A stretch of DNA of 64,000 bases from Candidatus Poribacteria bacterium. GTDB lineage: Bacteria; Poribacteria; WGA-4E; WGA-3G. The notes beneath the pieces are model-generated. The model saw only the letters and a program-made list of their open reading frames with translations, was not told the origin of the DNA and ran no database searches. The stretch's first letter is position 1, and each line of letters opens with the position of its first letter. Location: assembly GCA_965242965.1 (NCBI GenBank), contig OZ251518.1, positions 2,528,001 through 2,592,000 on the forward strand. Direction: 5' to 3'. Shown one piece after another: positions 27,920 through 37,786 of the stretch. A program made the translations under genes and the position numbers.

Positions 27920-29300
27920 GTAGGGCGGGGGCCTGTCCCCCGCCATCGTTCGCGCGCCAGGCTCTGTAAGTCAAGATCGCCAGATCTTGACCTGTTTGTG
28001 ATCGGGCGATCACAAACTACAGTTTCTTAGGTCCGTAGGACCTTAATGTCTATAGCACGCGGCGACTAAAGAGCTCTAAGGTCCTTTAGGTCCTTAATGT
28101 GTTTTGCCAGGTCGGCGCGTGTTTTTATTAAGGTCTTAAAAGACCTTGAAAACGGGCTGACACATTTTTCTATAGACATTAAGGTCCTAAAGGACCTAAG
28201 AACGATGCATCCGAAAAAACGGCGTGCGTTACCGTAGGGCGTGGGCCTGTCCCTTGCCATCGCTCGCGCAATGGAAAAACGTCTTTTGTTCTCTTTAGGT
28301 CCGTAGGACCTTAATGTCTATAGCACGCGCGCCCGCGAAGAACCCTAAGGTCCTTTAGGTCCTTAATAGATTTTGACGCGCAGCGTGTTTTTTATTAAGG
28401 TCCTAATGGACCTTGATAGGGGCTGACACATTTTTCTATAGACATGTAGGTCCTAAAGGACCTAAGAACAATCCGTCCGAAAAAACGCCACCCCTCATCG
28501 TAGGGCGAGGGCCTGTCCCTCGCCATCGTTCATGCACGAGCACTCCAACGATCGCGGGGGACAGGCCCCCGCGCTACGGGCGGAGAAACGCCACCCTCAT
28601 CGTAGGGCGAGGGCCTGTCCCTCGCCGTGCCCGGGATAACCGAACGATCGCGAGGGACAGGCCCTCGCGCTACGGACACCCGGGCCGGTTTGGGAAATAA
28701 TCCGATTTCATTTCCACGATCGCGGGGGACAGGCCCCGCGCTACGATGAAAAAACGCCCCCCTCACCGTAGGGCGAGGGCCTGTCCCTCGCCATGCCTCG
28801 CGCAATGGAAAAACGTCTTTTGTTCTCTTTAGGTCCGTAGGACCTTAATGTCTATAGCACTCGGTGACCAAAAAGCCCTAAGGTCCTTTAGGTCCTTAAT
28901 GTGTTTTGCGATGCGGCGCGTGTTTTTTATTAAGGACCTAAAGGACCTTGCCGTGGGCTGACACGTGTTTCTATAGACATGCAGGACCTAAAGGACCTGA
29001 AGAGCCGTTTTTTCAAAAGCGGTTTTGCCGCTGCGAAGGAGATAATCTTGCAAATCCTATAATCTTGCAAATCCTGATTCAGACAACTAGAGGGATGGCG
29101 AGGGACAGGCCCTCGCGCTACGGGCCACGGGCCGGAAACGTAGGGCGGGGGCCTGTCCTCCGCCATCGTTCGCGCGCCAGGCTCTGTAGGTCAGGATCGC
29201 CTGATCCTGACCTGTTTGTGATCAGGCGATCACAAACTACAGAAGGGAAACACACATCGGAACGATGACGATCGCGAGGGACAGGCCCTCGCGCTACGAA
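27920..29300. repeat. ~1.4-kb mosaic repeat cluster
   Basis: Three copies of a TTAGGTCCGTAGGACCTTAATGTCTATAGCAC-led module interleaved with GTAG palindromes. Confidence 0.9.
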
Positions 29301-29318
29301 ACATGGCGTGGAATGCGC

Positions 29319-32300
29319 TCAATTACCAAGCCCCATCCGATACTTAATATCGTAGTTGATAATGAAGTCTAATTCCTCCTCCGTGAAACCGTAGTGTTCA
29401 GCGAGAACGCGATCGATTTTGTCGATAATCGGTTTGGAATGACGCGGATAAAATTCATCATAGACGACGCGCCCGGTGGCTTTATACTGCGTCTCCTTGC
29501 GCCGCGCGTGACGCTTCAAATCTGCCATCAATTCATCGGTAAGCGCAGAGAGACGTTGTTTTAAAGACGCGTCCATTTGCGCAAGGCCGATTGGAAAATT
29601 CCGAATCTCACGTAGCGTCAAACTTCGGCAATCAGAAAGCACAACAAACCACCAATAAAAAAGCGAACTGTTCAAAGTCGCCACGACTGCCTTCGCATCT
29701 AGCGCGGTTGCTAAATGCAGAGATTTAACGCTTGTTGAGATGCTTTCACCCTTTCGTTCGTTCCAAAAGTAGGGAACGAAGTCCATTACCCGAATCCAAT
29801 AACGTGGCGCACTATGGAAATATATTGGGCTGGCATCTCGTCTCGTGGTGAGGTGTTGACTTAAGCTGAGAATCTCATCAATTTTTTCCCAGACGTTTTT
29901 TGCCACCTCACAGTGGATTTTGGGGAGCGAATTTTGAAACCACGTAACATCGGCATATTCCACAACTTCGAAGAGGTAGGCGCGGAATTTTTCGTTCCAT
30001 CGACGATAGAAAGAGGCGTATATTGGATTGGCGTAAGACCCCCCGCCTGTAGGCCCTCTATGACCTTCTGCTTCGGAAGGCGTATAGCCCACCTCAGAAG
30101 GCTTCAAACGCCTTTGAACGATATAAATTGCCAAACGTTGTTCTGCGCCGACAAAGAGTTTTGCCGGACGAATCGCGTATGTTTGAACCCATCCTTGTCT
30201 AGAGGAATAGAATAGATTCTGGAGAGGGACCATTCTATCGGTGCTGTAAGCCGTGTTCGGGATAATCATCGATTTCCAACCGTTCGGTTGTAGAAGCCGA
30301 AAACTTCTCTCAACCACAAACGCATAGAGATTGCCGCAACTCTCTGTTTCATACCCGCGAATCGCGTAATCCTTCCTCACCTTGCTATATTCCACATACG
30401 GCGGATTGCCGATAATCACGTCAAACCCACCCGCTTTCAGGATACCGTAAAACGCGATGAACCAGTGGAACGGCTGATGCGATGAAAGCCACTGCCGATA
30501 GTCGTTATCTTTCGTCGGATCCACCCCATAGTCTCCCGCAAGGTAGCCGTTCAGTTCATCGGCTAACGCTGCCAGTTTCTCTCGCAACGCCTGTTTGTCG
30601 TCCAGCGTTACATCGCCGCCCAGTTCTGTCTGTTGCTGACGAAACAGGGAAAAGAGCGCGTCAACGTCCTCGGCGCGTTCGCGGATGCGCGCCATCGTAT
30701 CGTCAAAATCGAACTGTCCGGTGACAGCGTTTTCTACCTCTTCGTAGGTAGCGTAGCCGACGAGGGTGTTGCCTGCCTGCACGTTGAAGTCAATGTCCGG
30801 CAGCGGTTCGATCTGGTTTACGTCATCGAGTTGTGCTACCATTTTGAGGAAGAGTCGCAGCTTGCAAATCTCGACGGCTTCGTCCATAATATCTACGCCG
30901 TAAAGGTTGTTGATAATGATGGATTTGAGGATGAAATAGCGGCGGCTCGGGTGTTGCGCGGTGCGTGCGAGGATGTCGCGGAAGTCGGTGTAGCGCGCGT
31001 GGGACGGCGAATTCGAGACCGGGAGGTCTCTCCTACTCTGTAGTTCAGGATCGCCTGATCCTGACCCGTTCGGGATGTCGGTTTTCATCGAGACCGGGAG
31101 GTCTCTCCTACTGGAAGCATCTGCCTCATCAACGAACGCTTGCATCCGTTCAAGGCACGCATCGTAGAGGGGCTCTAAGATATTTAAGGCGGCGAAGAGG
31201 AACGCGCCGGAACCACACGTCGGATCGAGGACGGTGACCTGCGTGATGGCATGCCAAAACGCGCGGAGCAGGTCTGGCCCTTCGCATGTCTCAATCACAT
31301 CTTGCGCGAATTGACGGATGTTGAGATTCTCCGTGATAAGCGCGTTGATGTCGGTTATCTCGCCAGTTTCCAATTTGGCATGCACGCGTTTGTAACGCTG
31401 CCGCCGCGCGATGACTTCACGCCAAATCTCTGTGGGCAGTGCATACGGATCCGGCGCAAGGGTATTCCATGCGGCGCGCTGGGAGACATCGTCGATGCCG
31501 ACAGCAACCTTCGGGGGTAAGGGGTGTTCGATGCCCTTTTTGACAGCATCGTAGATATACCGGGCTGGGGCAATTCGGAGCAGCCGCCAGACACTGGCAT
31601 CGCCTTCAAAAGCAACGCGGCATCCCTTGCGCGCCGCATCGAAAAGAAACGGGATAATCGTGTTCTGGCTGATATATTCGGTGATGTCCTCCTGCGTGTA
31701 ATAGGCACCCATCTGCTTCTGATTGATGTATTTCTCGAAGATATAGCCGAGGACATCGGGGTTGATTTCGGTGTCGTTGTGCAGCGGCCGTTCGTCAAGA
31801 TGCCACTGATACTGCTCAAAGAACGTGAAGAGTTGCTCGAACGCCTTATCGGGGATGTCAATGTCTTCGCCGTGCTGTTGCTCGATATGATGCAGCTGGA
31901 AGATGCCGCCGTTGAGATAGGGCACATTTCCGAGCATCCGGTTTGTCGCATCGGAACGTTCGGTTTTCGGTTTCGCGAAACCCTCAAAGAAGAGGGGACG
32001 GAGGAAGGTTTTGTAGAACTTGTCTGCGCCTTCCGTTTGACTTCGGTTGAGGTTCGTGCGGAGATAGTCGGTATCGCCGTTAAGAAACCCCTTCTTCTGG
32101 ATGAAGTAGATAAACATGAGGCGATTGAGCATGACAGAGACATACCCGCGTTGCAGTTCCACATCGGGGATGCCTTTCAGGAATGTGATGAAAGCGTCGT
32201 GTTCCTTTTTGAAGCGTTCATAAAAACGTTTGGTGACAGGGGCTATGTCAAAGGCGGCGCGGACACGTCCGGTTACATCGGGTAACGTCAGGGCATCTTC

Positions 32301-32723
32301 CTCTTCAAGGCTGAAGGCGATGGTTTCAAGTTTTTGGAGGAGTGCGTTACCGGCTTGTTCGTGATGATAGCGGTGTTCTCGGCAAGCATCGGGTTTGCCG
32401 GGTTCGCGTCTGACCCACTGCCAGAGTTGGGTAGTTTTCGCCGCGTCGGTGTAGATGATAACGTGTTCGTGGACAGATTTGGCCACCTGCTGTTGAATAA
32501 CGCGACGCGTGGCGTAGTTCGGCAGTGGCGCGTTTTGGGTTGCGGCACAGAGGAATACCACCATGCCGCGTTTTTCGGCGATAGCGGTGAGGGTGTAGTC
32601 GGTGTCACCTACCGGGACGGTGAGTGCCTCCGTATGATAGTCCCATCCGAGTTCCTCAGCGAAGAGTGATTCAAATTCGGATTCTTGGAGATAGTTGCGT
32701 GTCTGGTCGATCTTGTGTTGCAT
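29319..32723 (-). CDS. Gamma-class N6A DNA methyltransferase, Eco57I/type IIG-like restriction-modification enzyme
   Basis: VPYLNGGIF, GAYYT, motif I LDPTCGSGAF, motif IV GNPPY, C-terminal TRD-like region; contains in-frame repeat inserts. Confidence 0.9.
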   Translation of the reverse strand: MQHKIDQTRNYLQESEFESLFAEELGWDYHTEALTVPVGDTDYTLTAIAEKRGMVVFLCAATQNAPLPNYATRRVIQQQVAKSVHEHVIIYTDAAKTTQLWQWVRREPGKPDACREHRYHHEQAGNALLQKLETIAFSLEEEDALTLPDVTGRVRAAFDIAPVTKRFYERFKKEHDAFITFLKGIPDVELQRGYVSVMLNRLMFIYFIQKKGFLNGDTDYLRTNLNRSQTEGADKFYKTFLRPLFFEGFAKPKTERSDATNRMLGNVPYLNGGIFQLHHIEQQHGEDIDIPDKAFEQLFTFFEQYQWHLDERPLHNDTEINPDVLGYIFEKYINQKQMGAYYTQEDITEYISQNTIIPFLFDAARKGCRVAFEGDASVWRLLRIAPARYIYDAVKKGIEHPLPPKVAVGIDDVSQRAAWNTLAPDPYALPTEIWREVIARRQRYKRVHAKLETGEITDINALITENLNIRQFAQDVIETCEGPDLLRAFWHAITQVTVLDPTCGSGAFLFAALNILEPLYDACLERMQAFVDEADASSRRDLPVSMKTDIPNGSGSGDPELQSRRDLPVSNSPSHARYTDFRDILARTAQHPSRRYFILKSIIINNLYGVDIMDEAVEICKLRLFLKMVAQLDDVNQIEPLPDIDFNVQAGNTLVGYATYEEVENAVTGQFDFDDTMARIRERAEDVDALFSLFRQQQTELGGDVTLDDKQALREKLAALADELNGYLAGDYGVDPTKDNDYRQWLSSHQPFHWFIAFYGILKAGGFDVIIGNPPYVEYSKVRKDYAIRGYETESCGNLYAFVVERSFRLLQPNGWKSMIIPNTAYSTDRMVPLQNLFYSSRQGWVQTYAIRPAKLFVGAEQRLAIYIVQRRLKPSEVGYTPSEAEGHRGPTGGGSYANPIYASFYRRWNEKFRAYLFEVVEYADVTWFQNSLPKIHCEVAKNVWEKIDEILSLSQHLTTRRDASPIYFHSAPRYWIRVMDFVPYFWNERKGESISTSVKSLHLATALDAKAVVATLNSSLFYWWFVVLSDCRSLTLREIRNFPIGLAQMDASLKQRLSALTDELMADLKRHARRKETQYKATGRVVYDEFYPRHSKPIIDKIDRVLAEHYGFTEEELDFIINYDIKYRMGLGN

Positions 32724-32850
32724 GGTTATCCTTTGGTGCAGCGCGATTCCGTTTAATGTCTCCGGTGGTTCTCGCAAGAGGTTTGACATCCATCGGTGAA
32801 AATGCTATACTTGAAAACAAACGCACGCCTTCACACGGCAGAATCAAACT

Positions 32851-33588
32851 ATGCTTGCCATCATCCTGAAAGAACTCCGTTCCTATACCCTCTCCCGCAA
32901 ATATCGACGGCTCCACTTCCTGACATTAGGTGCGCTCACGCTCTTGCTGTTTGTCGCCACGGTTGAATTCTACGCACAAAGCCGCACCGGTGCCGCCGTT
33001 GATGTCGGAAAACAGACCTATACCCTTTTCATCGTCGCCCTTTTCCTGACGCAATTTTTCGTCCCGCGGCATGCCGTTGAAGCACTACACAGCGAAGCGG
33101 CAGATGGCGCGCTGCTTCGGCTAACGCCGCTATGGCCTTGGCAAATTGTGGCAGGCAAATTAGGCGCGGTGGTTTTATGGGAATTGTGGCGCGTCTGGTT
33201 AACAATCCCTTTGCTGGCACTCTCCGGTTATATCGGTGGTTTTGCCGTAGCGCAATTGCTGAAATGCGGCGCGGTGCTATTCGTGAGTTGCATTCTATTC
33301 GCGCTGATTGGCATCAGTTTTGCTTGCTGGCATCCGCCTATTCGTGCGAAAAGTATCGGTTATGGAGTTGTCCTGCTGCTCACGTTTCTCCCGCTGATTC
33401 TTTTTCCACATACTGGGGCACTCCCTATTTTGGAAGCGATGAGTCCCCTTTGCGCGCTGTTGTCTATCCTCCGTTTAGAATCGGCGCAACTTTGGGTGTG
33501 GCACGTTGCGCTGAGTTGTGTGTTATCCGTGCTGCTCTTCTGTCTCGGCGCGATGCGTAATAGAAAATTAAGTGAGGGGGTTTCATAA
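32851..33588 (+). CDS. ABC-2-type permease-like membrane protein
   Basis: IILKELR start, LLRLTPL..WQIVAGKL motif, ~6 TM helices; TTGACA-17-TATACT upstream. Confidence 0.75.
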   Translation: MLAIILKELRSYTLSRKYRRLHFLTLGALTLLLFVATVEFYAQSRTGAAVDVGKQTYTLFIVALFLTQFFVPRHAVEALHSEAADGALLRLTPLWPWQIVAGKLGAVVLWELWRVWLTIPLLALSGYIGGFAVAQLLKCGAVLFVSCILFALIGISFACWHPPIRAKSIGYGVVLLLTFLPLILFPHTGALPILEAMSPLCALLSILRLESAQLWVWHVALSCVLSVLLFCLGAMRNRKLSEGVS

Positions 33589-34020
33589 ATCGTTCAATGT
33601 CGCGGGGACGGGCCCTGCGCTATGGAGAAAAAAACGCCACCCTCACCGTAGGGCGAGGGCCTGTCCCTCGCCATCGTTCGATCGCCAGGCTCTGTAGGTC
33701 AGGATCGCCTGATCCTGACCCGTTTGTGATCAGGCGATCACAAAATACAGAAACGGAAACACATCTCGCGACGATGGAGATCGCGGGGGACAGGCCCCCG
33801 CGCTACGATAAAAAACGTCTCCCGCTTACCGTAGGGCGAGGGCCTGTCCCTCGCCATCGTTCATGCACCAGATCCCCTCTCCTTCTGTAGGTCAGGATCG
33901 CCTAATCCTGACCCGTTTGTGATCAGGCGATCACAAAATACAGAAACGGAAACACACATGGAGCTCGCGGGGGAAACCCGCTCGGATGCGCGTATGGCAT
34001 CCGAGGGCCTCCGCGCTACG
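33574..34020. repeat. TIR end plus mosaic repeat cluster
   Basis: TTAAGT-GAGGGGGTTTCATA followed by GTAG palindromes, including two copies of the GATCAGGCGATC module. Confidence 0.85.
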
Positions 34021-35929
34021 ATGAAAAAACCGAATCGCTTGGCACCAGCATCGGCTTGAATTGACATCCTTCCACGAAAATTTCAAAGAAGTCCGGTGTC
34101 GTCTCCAATTCAATATGTTCAATGTTCTTGACGAACGTCTCAACGGCATCACGTTTTTCACGTGAAAGCAAAACCGCCTTTGCGCCGCTGATGGCCGCGT
34201 TCCCGATTTTGACAATCCGCTCCTCTGGGACAGGAGCCAAAAACCCGATGTCAATCGCGTCTCGTAGATTGACATAGTTGGCGAATCCGCCTGCCAAAAA
34301 GAGTTTCGCGATGTCCTGAGGCGCGCAGCCGTAGTGTCGGAGCACGATGAATTGGCCACAATAGTTCGCCGCCTTCGCCTGTGCCAAGTTGCTCGCATCT
34401 TCACGTGAGAAGGTGATGCCGTGCGCGGGTAAAAGGTTTAACTCACGCTGTTTCCGTTCCGCAAAAACGCCTTTCGGACTCATCTGTCCGTGCCTACGGA
34501 GCTCGGCAAGAAGCGAAATCAACCCGGAACCGCACAAGCCTTGTGGCGGATTTCCGTCAATTGTCTCATAAGTCAACGCGCCGTCGTGCCACTTCACGGA
34601 TTCAATCGCGCCGGGGTAAGCCGGCATGCCGTATGTGATGCCGCCTCCCTCAAACGCCGGACCGGCGGGACAAGACGCGCATACCATCTTGCTTGAATTC
34701 CCGACGACAACTTCCGTGTTCGTGCCGACATCGACGAGCATCACAACTTCGTCTTGCGAGTTCATGTCAATTGCGACGAGATCAGCGGCGACATCGGCAC
34801 CGACGTGACTCGCGATGAGCGGCAGGCTGTAAACCAATGCCTTTGGATTAGCACGAATGCCCAAACGCCGTGCTTTTTCGGTAAGCGAAGTCGTCGCGCG
34901 CACGCCGTCGCGATACTCATGCTCAATTACCGATTTATAGGGCTTTTGCCCGATGCTTTGGACATCTTTCTTGAAGAAAATGTCGCGCATCGTTGTGTTG
35001 CCAGCGACAACAATCTCATAAATCTCCTGCCGGACGAACTGATGGCGGCTGCACATCGCCATGATTTCGCTGTTGAGCGCGGCGATGAGCGAACGCCGTA
35101 ACTCCCCCCGAAACTGCCCATCGTAGGAGATGCGGTTCATAATATCGCTGCCGCCGAAGCGTTGCGGGTTCTCAAACGAACTGACAGAGACCGTCTCGCC
35201 GTTCTCCAAATTGACAAGGTTTGCAACGACTGTCGTCGTGCCAATGTCAAGCGCGAGTCCGTAGAGATGTCCGCGGAACCGCTCAAGGGGTGCGTCATCG
35301 TAATAGACAACGCCGTCCCGGTGAGTTACCATCGGTTGCAAGTCGCCGCGCGTTCCAATGTCCGCGGCATCTGTCAAAATCCGCGGCCTGCGGCGCAACG
35401 GTGCAAAGGTGATGTCCGCGTCTGCATCCTGAACTACTGCTTGGCAGGCGAGCCGGAAGTCATCGCGTAAGAAAGATTCTTCTGCCTTGCGAGGCGTGAG
35501 TGCCTGCGCGCCTGTTTTTATTTCAACGATGCATTCGTGGCACTGGCCGGTGCGGAAGCAGGAAGTCGGGACTTGGACTGCTAAATCGTCGGCATAGTCA
35601 AAAATCGTTTTGCCGACGGTAAGGGGTTGCGTTTTCCCATCGCAGGTGATTTTCCCCTTCCCGTGACTTGTGTCAGGTGTTTCTATTGGTTCTATCTCCC
35701 ATGCGTTCCGATAGTCCAGTTTATCATCGCCGGCGCACAGTAATCCTGTTCCTTCAGCGATTCTGCGTTGGTTGCGGCAGCCGAACTTCGCCGTGCAGTA
35801 GTCTTCACGATTTTTGTAGGGACACCGATACGTCGCTTGTTCATCGGCGTGGGTGACGAGTTCTTCAAAAATCTGCGTTATTTTATTTAGCCGTTTTTCA
35901 TACTCGGTTTTGTTGTTCTTTTTTCCCAT
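34016..35929 (-). CDS. ASKHA-type reductive activator of corrinoid proteins (RACo/RamA-like) with 2Fe-2S domain
   Basis: CFRTGQCHEC..RLACQ ferredoxin motif, DIGTTT, DVGTNTE, AGPAFEG, GLCGSG, LAGGF; next to a corrinoid protein. The ORF-track N-terminal extension is repeat DNA. Confidence 0.9.
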   Translation of the reverse strand: MGKKNNKTEYEKRLNKITQIFEELVTHADEQATYRCPYKNREDYCTAKFGCRNQRRIAEGTGLLCAGDDKLDYRNAWEIEPIETPDTSHGKGKITCDGKTQPLTVGKTIFDYADDLAVQVPTSCFRTGQCHECIVEIKTGAQALTPRKAEESFLRDDFRLACQAVVQDADADITFAPLRRRPRILTDAADIGTRGDLQPMVTHRDGVVYYDDAPLERFRGHLYGLALDIGTTTVVANLVNLENGETVSVSSFENPQRFGGSDIMNRISYDGQFRGELRRSLIAALNSEIMAMCSRHQFVRQEIYEIVVAGNTTMRDIFFKKDVQSIGQKPYKSVIEHEYRDGVRATTSLTEKARRLGIRANPKALVYSLPLIASHVGADVAADLVAIDMNSQDEVVMLVDVGTNTEVVVGNSSKMVCASCPAGPAFEGGGITYGMPAYPGAIESVKWHDGALTYETIDGNPPQGLCGSGLISLLAELRRHGQMSPKGVFAERKQRELNLLPAHGITFSREDASNLAQAKAANYCGQFIVLRHYGCAPQDIAKLFLAGGFANYVNLRDAIDIGFLAPVPEERIVKIGNAAISGAKAVLLSREKRDAVETFVKNIEHIELETTPDFFEIFVEGCQFKPMLVPSDSVFSS

Positions 35930-35944
35930 TATTTTTGATATCCT

Positions 35945-36633
35945 TGTAGGAGAGACCTCCTGGTCTTGATGTTTTTCCCGTAGGAGAGACCTCCTGGTCT
36001 CAACGTGTTTTGTTTCTGTTTTTATCGGGACAAGGATGTCCCTCCTACCTCTCTCGATGCATGCCCGTAGGAGAGACCTCCTGGTCTCGATGGCTCCCGG
36101 TAGGAGAGACCTCCTGGTCTCGATGCGTATTGTTGCTGTTTCTATCGGGACAAGGATGTCCCTCCTACCGGAAGGCATCGGGCGCACCTCTGTAGTTCGG
36201 GAGCGCCTGCTCCCGAACGGGTCAGGATCAGGCGATCCTGAACTACAGGGATGAGGCGGTCTGACAGCCAAACGCATGGCGAGGGACAGGCCCTCGCCCT
36301 ACGGTGAACGGGGAAGATTTCTTAGGTGTTACCGTAGCGCGGGGGCCTGTCCCCCGCGATCTCTCGACCGCTGCGGAAAACGCCCGCAGCCCAGAGACCA
36401 CGGATGTTTGCTGCTCAGACCGCAGCATGGCGAGGGAAACCCGCTCGCATGCGCGTGTGGCATGCGAGGGCCCTCGCCCTACGGTGAAAGCGGCAATCAA
36501 GCATGGCGAGGGACAGGCCCTCGCCCTACGTGAAGGGGCGGCGTTTTTTTCACCGTAGCGCGGGGCCCTCGGATGCCACACGTGCATCCGAGCGGGTTTC
36601 ACCGCGACATTGAGCGAGTTATGAAACACCCTC
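35945..36633. repeat. Mosaic repeat cluster ending in a TIR
   Basis: Four GTAGGAGAGACCTCCTGGTCT units, other palindromes, and TATGAAACACCCTC at the end. Confidence 0.9.
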
Positions 36634-36639
36634 AACTTA

Positions 36640-37398
36640 TTAATATTCCTCATCTTCTTCCTCAAGAAACTGCTTGGCGAGTGCGACGCACGCGAGCGCG
36701 TCTTTACCGTAGCCATCGGAGCCCATATCGTCTGCGAACTCTTGTGTAACAGGCGCGCCGCCCACCATAATCTTCACGTCTTCACGCAGGTCTTCGTCAA
36801 TAAACGCATCGATGGTTTTCCCCATGTTGGGCATCGTTGTCGTCAACAACGCCGACATGCCCAAGATAGGTGCCTCGTATTCCTCCACCGCCTCAATGAA
36901 GTCGTCTTCGGAGGTATCCACGCCTAAATCGTGGACGACGAACCCCGCGCCGCGCAGCATCATGATGCACAAGTTTTTGCCGATATCGTGCAGGTCACCT
37001 TTGACGGTGCCCATCACCACGGTGCCGATAGGTTTGATACCGGAATCGGAGAGGATCGGTTCGATGTGCGCCATGCCGGCTTTCATGGCACGTGCACACG
37101 CGAGGACTTCCGGCACGAAGATAAAATTCTCGCGGAACTTAATGCCGACGATGCCCATCCCCGCGATGAGCGCATCGTCCATGATTTCCAGAGCCTCGGT
37201 GCCGCTCTCAAGTGCCGCCGCTGTTAACTCATCAACGGTACCGTGGTCGCCGTCGATTAGCGCGGCGGAGATATCCTGCATTGCCGGGCGCGCTTGCGCG
37301 AACATCTCTGTGAACCGCGCGATTTCATCGGGACGTTCAAGGAACTCTTCAATTTCTTCACGGATGAATTCGTTTGCGATGTCGTTAATCGTTGCCAC
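36640..37398 (-). CDS. Methyltransferase-cognate corrinoid (B12-binding) protein
   Basis: FVPEVL cap domain, GDLHDIGKNL (DxHxxG), SALLTTTM, VGGAP; AGGAGG RBS with GTG start. Confidence 0.93.
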   Translation of the reverse strand: MATINDIANEFIREEIEEFLERPDEIARFTEMFAQARPAMQDISAALIDGDHGTVDELTAAALESGTEALEIMDDALIAGMGIVGIKFRENFIFVPEVLACARAMKAGMAHIEPILSDSGIKPIGTVVMGTVKGDLHDIGKNLCIMMLRGAGFVVHDLGVDTSEDDFIEAVEEYEAPILGMSALLTTTMPNMGKTIDAFIDEDLREDVKIMVGGAPVTQEFADDMGSDGYGKDALACVALAKQFLEEEDEEY

Positions 37399-37503
37399 AG
37401 GTTTTCTATACCTCCTAACCGAGAGGATACCACAAATGCGGAAAAATCGCAAGTTTTTAAGGCAAGCGATAGGACGGTTTCGTTGTCCTATTTCTGTTCT
37501 ATT

Positions 37504-37786
37504 GAGGCGGTTTCATAACTCCGTTTCGGTATTTATCCCCCCTTGGGGGGAGAGCGAATACCGATAGAAAAGCGAGGGGACGCGCATCGGGTCCACCTCT
37601 GTAGTTCGGGAGCGCCTGCTCCCGAACGGGTCAAGATCAGGCGATCTTGACCTACAGGGGTGATAAGGTCTGCTAGCCAAACGCATGGCGAGGGACAGGC
37701 CCTCGCCCTACGTGAAGGGGCAGCGTTTTTTTCACCGTAGCGCGGGGTCTGTCACCGCGACGTTGAGCGATTTATGAAACACCCTC
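37504..37786. mobile_element. MITE-like element
   Basis: GAGGCGGTTTCATA...TATGAAACACCCTC; closely similar to 41429-41693. Confidence 0.75.

Noticed and set aside
35930-36277. Long N-terminal extensions in the ORF track (RACo, sulfatase 39174-39428, 53019-53246)
   Set aside because: They consist of repeat DNA, and the recognisable domains or RBS-supported starts lie downstream
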